The notes under the pieces are model-generated. The model worked only from the letters and a program-made list of their open reading frames with translations. It did not search any database and was not told the origin of the DNA. From NCBI GenBank assembly GCA_963727445.1, contig CAVSGI010000013.1:288001-352000 (forward strand): a stretch of DNA of 64,000 nt, in the 5' to 3' direction. Below are positions 59,815 through 64,000 of the stretch, in pieces; within the stretch, counting starts at the first letter, position 1; each line of letters starts with the position of its first letter. Source of the stretch: an uncultured delta proteobacterium. Its GTDB lineage: Bacteria; Myxococcota_A; Polyangia; Polyangiales; B10-G4. A program made the translations under genes and the position numbers.

Positions 59815-61132
59815 AGAGGATCGTCCCCGAGCTCGGCTCGCGGATGGCGAAGAGGAAGGGGCGGTCGGCGCGGATCTCGATCGGCTCGGCGGGTCGCCCG
59901 CCGCCAAAGCCCATCGTGACCGCGGTGGCCGCGGCCGCCTCGGTCCCCTCTTCGTCCACCTTCACGAACACCTGGTGGTACGCCTCGCTCACATAGAGGC
60001 GCTCGTCGGGGTCGGCGGGGCGCCCGATGCCGAAGAAGTCGGCTGCGCCGTCGTCGAACGCGAGACGCATGCCGAGCGCCTTCAGGGCTGTGGAGAGGGT
60101 CATGCGGGTCGACATCTCGAAGCGCGGCATCACCAGGCGCACCCGGTCCTGTGAGAGAAGCCCGACCCATCGCTCGAACTGATCACCCGAGAGCTGGCCT
60201 TCGATGGCTGGCAGGCCCGTGGCCGAGTCGGGGATGATCAGCGTCATCACCAGCTCGTCGCCGCGGTAGGGCAGCTCGACCACCGTCACGTCGCCGCGAT
60301 GCGCGTGCTTCAGGTTCTCGGTCTGCCGCATCAGCGGCACCTCGATGGTCGAGCCATCGGCGAGAGTGAAGCGCTCGTCGCGAGTGAGCGCTGAATCGAA
60401 GGGCTCGGCCCACGCGCCCAGGAAATAGACGGCGTTGACCAGCACCAGGCCGGTGTCGGCGGTGATCGAAGTCGGGGGCAACAGATCGGTGATCCGCTCG
60501 CGTGTCTGTTGGGCGACCCATTCGTTGATGTGCTCGCGCTGCTCGTTCGGCGCGCCGTGGAAGTCCACGCCTTCGAAGGGCGCGGCGTAGGTGGTGCGCG
60601 TCAGCGTGAGGTAGTCCTGCTCGAAGCGAGCGCTCTGCTCGCCGAAGAGGCGATCCACGACGCGCAGCTCGTAATCCTCGCGGTTCGGATCGTTCCAGCG
60701 CGCGAGCACGCGGCCCGCGGCTTCGTGCACCGCGTCGGCGTCCCCAACGAGGCCCATGGTGCGCGCCATCTCCGCTGCGGTCTCACCCCGGGCGCCGCCG
60801 AAGACCATCTCGAAGGCGAGGGTGATGGAGGCCGGCGAGATCGCGAGATTGCCGTCGGCTCCGCGCGCCTGCCCGTAGATCGCGAAGCCGAAGGCGTTGC
60901 TGGTGCGAGCGAAGGCCGAGGCCTGCTCCGCCGTGGGCGGCTCCTGCTCGCGCGGCTCGGGGTTCGAGAAGAACGACTCCGGCGCTTCGTCGTTGCCGGC
61001 GCCCTCGCTTTCGGCCTCGGCCGTCTCCGGCGCTTCGGTGCTGATCTGCGGCGCGGACGGCTGCGTGACGGGCCCGTTCGTCCCGCACTTGCAGGCGCAG
61101 AGCGCCATCAAGACCACGAAGAATCGCCGCAT
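59771..61132 (-). CDS. Serpin (probable lipoprotein)
   Basis: ISPASI, INEWVAQQT, LVNAVYFLGAW, hinge EEGTEAAAAT, ADRPFLFAI..ILFMGRV. Confidence 0.92.
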   Translation of the reverse strand: MRRFFVVLMALCACKCGTNGPVTQPSAPQISTEAPETAEAESEGAGNDEAPESFFSNPEPREQEPPTAEQASAFARTSNAFGFAIYGQARGADGNLAISPASITLAFEMVFGGARGETAAEMARTMGLVGDADAVHEAAGRVLARWNDPNREDYELRVVDRLFGEQSARFEQDYLTLTRTTYAAPFEGVDFHGAPNEQREHINEWVAQQTRERITDLLPPTSITADTGLVLVNAVYFLGAWAEPFDSALTRDERFTLADGSTIEVPLMRQTENLKHAHRGDVTVVELPYRGDELVMTLIIPDSATGLPAIEGQLSGDQFERWVGLLSQDRVRLVMPRFEMSTRMTLSTALKALGMRLAFDDGAADFFGIGRPADPDERLYVSEAYHQVFVKVDEEGTEAAAATAVTMGFGGGRPAEPIEIRADRPFLFAIREPSSGTILFMGRVVDPRPQTRQ

Positions 61133-61143
61133 CGTCCCTCCGT

Positions 61144-62505
61144 TCAACGACTGACGTCGAAGGCCCTGGACGTCGAGATCCGGCGGCAGAGCCCGGGGGT
61201 GAACTCGCACGAAGAGACGGCGGCGGTCAATGCTCCCGGCACCAGGATGGCGTCGCGCGTCTCGATCGGCAGCTCCGGGAAGAGGCCGCGGGCGCGAGCC
61301 GCGCCCCAGTACTGGACGTACCAGCGCGGCGCAGTGTCCACCGCGTAGGTGACGCGCTGGATGGTGTCGGCTGCGGTCGATGTCCAGCGCACGCGCTCCG
61401 TCAACGCGATCCCGTCGGCGGTCGCGACGTCCAGCGTCGGCGGCGAGAGGAATTCGGCGTCGATCGGCGCGCTGGGCGGCCCGTCCCAATCGAGGACGAC
61501 GCTCGACTGACCGCCGCCGTCCGACTCGAGCTGCAGCGTGAGGAAGGACGCTTCGCCCGCCGGCGGATCGACGAGGCCTAGCCGGGCGGTGACCACGCCG
61601 GTGGCTTCGGTGTAGGTGGTCTCGAGAGGGAAGCCGACGGTGGCGCCGATCTGTCCGCGCGGCGTGACCGTGCTGAGCGCGGCGAGTGGTAGCGCGCTGT
61701 CGAAGAACGGCGTGCCGCTCGGCACCACGTAGGCGATGGTCCGCTCCGCGAGCGGGACGTCGGTGGAGAAGTCGAGGACCAGGTCCGTCGTCTCGTCTGC
61801 CGCTGGCGTCTCGAGGAAGGTCGCGTCCACCATCCACTGTCGGCCGCGCGCGCCGAAGGTCGCAGGCGAGAGCGCCCAGGCCCAACCGATCAACGTGGTG
61901 GAGGGCTGAGGCGACATGCGGATGGTCCAGGGGAGCGTGAGAAAGCCGCGGAACTGGAGCGCGTCGCCGTCGAGTGGCTCGACGAAGAGCGTGGACAGGC
62001 CCGCCGGTGCATTCACCACGGTGCCGGAGAGAGAGATGGTGGCGACGCGCTCGAGGGCGATCACCATCTGGGCCTCCTCGGCGGTGACGGGCCAGCCGCG
62101 ATCCTCGTGATGACGGATCACCTCGCGGTCGAAACCGACGTAGGTGGTCGCGATGTAGTCGGGATGGAAGGCGGTGAGCACCAGCTCACCCGCGTCGATG
62201 TCGACCCCATCGAAGGTCACCGCACCCCTGCGATTGGTCGTCGCGGACAGGAGCCCATCCGGGGTGTCGAGGAAGACCTGCGCGTCTTCGATCGGCACGA
62301 GGTCGGCGACGGGGCTGCTCACCACCACCACCGTGAACCGAAGCGGCGCCTGGGCGTCGGCGTCTTCATCGGCGGAGGCGGCGTCCGAAGCGGGGGTGGT
62401 GTCGGCCGTCGCGTCGGTGAGCGCCCCGCCATCGTCGCCACATCCGACCGTCACCGCCGCGGCGGCGAGGAGCAGGCGAAGCAAGCTCTCGGTCGTGAGA
62501 ATCAC
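61144..62505 (-). CDS. Hypothetical lipoprotein
   Basis: TVGC lipobox; PIEDAQVFL..TTNRRG carboxypeptidase-regulatory-like segment. Confidence 0.65.
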   Translation of the reverse strand: MILTTESLLRLLLAAAAVTVGCGDDGGALTDATADTTPASDAASADEDADAQAPLRFTVVVVSSPVADLVPIEDAQVFLDTPDGLLSATTNRRGAVTFDGVDIDAGELVLTAFHPDYIATTYVGFDREVIRHHEDRGWPVTAEEAQMVIALERVATISLSGTVVNAPAGLSTLFVEPLDGDALQFRGFLTLPWTIRMSPQPSTTLIGWAWALSPATFGARGRQWMVDATFLETPAADETTDLVLDFSTDVPLAERTIAYVVPSGTPFFDSALPLAALSTVTPRGQIGATVGFPLETTYTEATGVVTARLGLVDPPAGEASFLTLQLESDGGGQSSVVLDWDGPPSAPIDAEFLSPPTLDVATADGIALTERVRWTSTAADTIQRVTYAVDTAPRWYVQYWGAARARGLFPELPIETRDAILVPGALTAAVSSCEFTPGLCRRISTSRAFDVSR

Positions 62506-63197
62506 GGGGTGCTGCGACAGAGCCCTTCGAGCTCACCACAGCCCACGCAGCAAGTTCCTTCGCAGCAGTGGCGATCGTTGCGGCACCAGAAGCCGCGGTC
62601 GTCGAGGGGCAGGCACATCGCCTGACAGGTCGGCGGCAGGAACTCGCCGGTCATGGCATCGGCCGCGCCGAAACAGAGACCCGACGCGCATTGCCGGTCG
62701 TCGAAGCAGGGCTCACCCACGGCGAGGAGGGTGCCGGGTCCGCCGTCCCCGGCGTCTCCAGCGTCACCCGCGTCACCCGGGCCCGGTCCGCCGTCCAAGG
62801 CTCCGTCGAGGCCACCATCGACGCCACCGTCATCCGGCCCGGCGTCGGCGCCTCCGCACCAGCTGTTCTGATCGATGGTCCCAGCCGGGCACTCGCAGCA
62901 CCCCACGTAGAACGGCTCCTCGTCGCAGGCGTAGGCGCAGAGAGACTCGATGTCGCAGGGCGAGTCGTCGCAAGAGCCGGCGTCGCCGGGGAGCGGACCC
63001 CCGTCGCTGCAGAGGCTCACGTCGAAGGTCCCCGCGGGGCACGGCGCGCACGAGGTCGTTCCCGTACCCGTCCCCGTGCAGGACGAGACGCAGAGCACGA
63101 CGCTGGAGCACGGGCCCGGGCCCACCACGGTCGGCGGCGGGTCGCCGCAGCTGCAATCCCCCAGCGTGACCAGCAGGACGATGAGCAGGATGATCAC
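62502..63197 (-). CDS. Cys-rich secreted protein or lipoprotein
   Basis: Hydrophobic N-terminus, many Cys, DAG/DGG repeats; GTGA coupling to the next gene. Confidence 0.65.
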   Translation of the reverse strand: MIILLIVLLVTLGDCSCGDPPPTVVGPGPCSSVVLCVSSCTGTGTGTTSCAPCPAGTFDVSLCSDGGPLPGDAGSCDDSPCDIESLCAYACDEEPFYVGCCECPAGTIDQNSWCGGADAGPDDGGVDGGLDGALDGGPGPGDAGDAGDAGDGGPGTLLAVGEPCFDDRQCASGLCFGAADAMTGEFLPPTCQAMCLPLDDRGFWCRNDRHCCEGTCCVGCGELEGLCRSTP

Positions 63198-63320
63198 CCC
63201 CCCATCCTAGCTGAATTCGGGTCCCAGGCCCGTGCCCGGCCTCCGTCCCCAAATGAGGCCGCCGACCTGTCGCGCCCGCCTTGACAGCCCGCCGAGGCTG
63301 CATTAGTTGTTCGCGCCTCT

Positions 63321-63395
<75 letters not shown>

Positions 63396-64000
63396 CGAGA
63401 CTTCGCTTAGAGGGGTAGTGATTTCGGCTGGTTGGCGATTCGTCGACCGGCCGAAGTCGTATCTGGGATTTGAGCGTCGAGCCACGTTGACTATCCGGAT
63501 GACTATTTCGTCCGGGGACCGTGCGCCGAGGCGGGGAAGAGCAGCGCCGCGACTTGGTCGCCCGCCTGCCTCGCCTCGTCCGGGAGCAGCGTCGAGTAAT
63601 GCTCCCGCATCCTGTCGGTTGCGTGCCCCACGAGGGACTTCGCGACCACTGGATCCACCTTCGCGCGCCTCAGAAGGTCGGTCATCGACCGCCTGAGCCC
63701 GTGCGAGGTGATGCGCTGCGTGATGCCCGCGCGAGCGCGGGCGGCGGCGAGCGCATCCGAGATACGCGCCGAGCCGAGGGGCGTCCCGACCCTGGATGGG
63801 AACATCAGCCCGCTCGACAAGCCGGGATGCTGCTCGCGAACGAGCCGCGCCCGATGCTCGCGGAGGAGCTCGAGCAGCACGCCCGGCACGCCGACCCATC
63901 GCGCCTTACCCGACTTCGTCGACGGCACGAGCTCGCCCTTCACCACCTTGCGGCGGACCCAGAGCACCCGCTCCTCCTCGACGAGGTCCGCGAACATCAA
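63396..64000. mobile_element. Left end of a tRNA-Gly-integrated element (prophage, ICE or island)
   Basis: Integrase ends about 107 nt downstream of the tRNA CCA. Confidence 0.65.
63503..64000 (-). CDS. Tyrosine recombinase/integrase (C-terminal part)
   Basis: TKSG, HGLRR, LVGH, HY catalytic residues; converges on the tRNA 3' end. Confidence 0.9.
   Translation of the reverse strand: MMFADLVEEERVLWVRRKVVKGELVPSTKSGKARWVGVPGVLLELLREHRARLVREQHPGLSSGLMFPSRVGTPLGSARISDALAAARARAGITQRITSHGLRRSMTDLLRRAKVDPVVAKSLVGHATDRMREHYSTLLPDEARQAGDQVAALLFPASAHGPRTK

Overview
High-GC chromosomal segment whose gene content (many Cys/Asp-rich lipoproteins, AgmX/PglI-type domain, Ser/Thr kinase-ATPase-TPR protein, DUF1844) points to a myxobacterium, probably Polyangia/Sandaracinus-like (inference). 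About 50 CDS: housekeeping and envelope genes (clpB-like, Ycf46 AAA, tamA/tamB, ccmAB, hemW, orn, dnaJ, trxC, slt, lolC/E), tRNA-Gly(GCC), and an adjacent tyrosine integrase at the right edge. Highlights: (1) a translationally coupled operon (53964-59814) encoding a Zn-ribbon membrane protein, an RRE/radical SAM/SPASM enzyme, a paralogous radical-SAM-like protein lacking CxxxCxxC, a DUF2207-like membrane protein ending in Gly10-CACACAGCACACACAGGGR, and a methyltransferase, i.e. a candidate RiPP-like modification system acting on a membrane-protein tail; (2) a sigma54-driven ~104-nt sRNA with Pxr-like architecture (12826-12929); (3) a REP/MITE family at two loci, one at the centre of a mirror-symmetric codon/strand skew; (4) a ClpB paralog with a degenerate first ATPase ring. 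Several single-base frameshifts suggest indel errors in the assembly. All calls come from reading the sequence and motifs; no searches were run.
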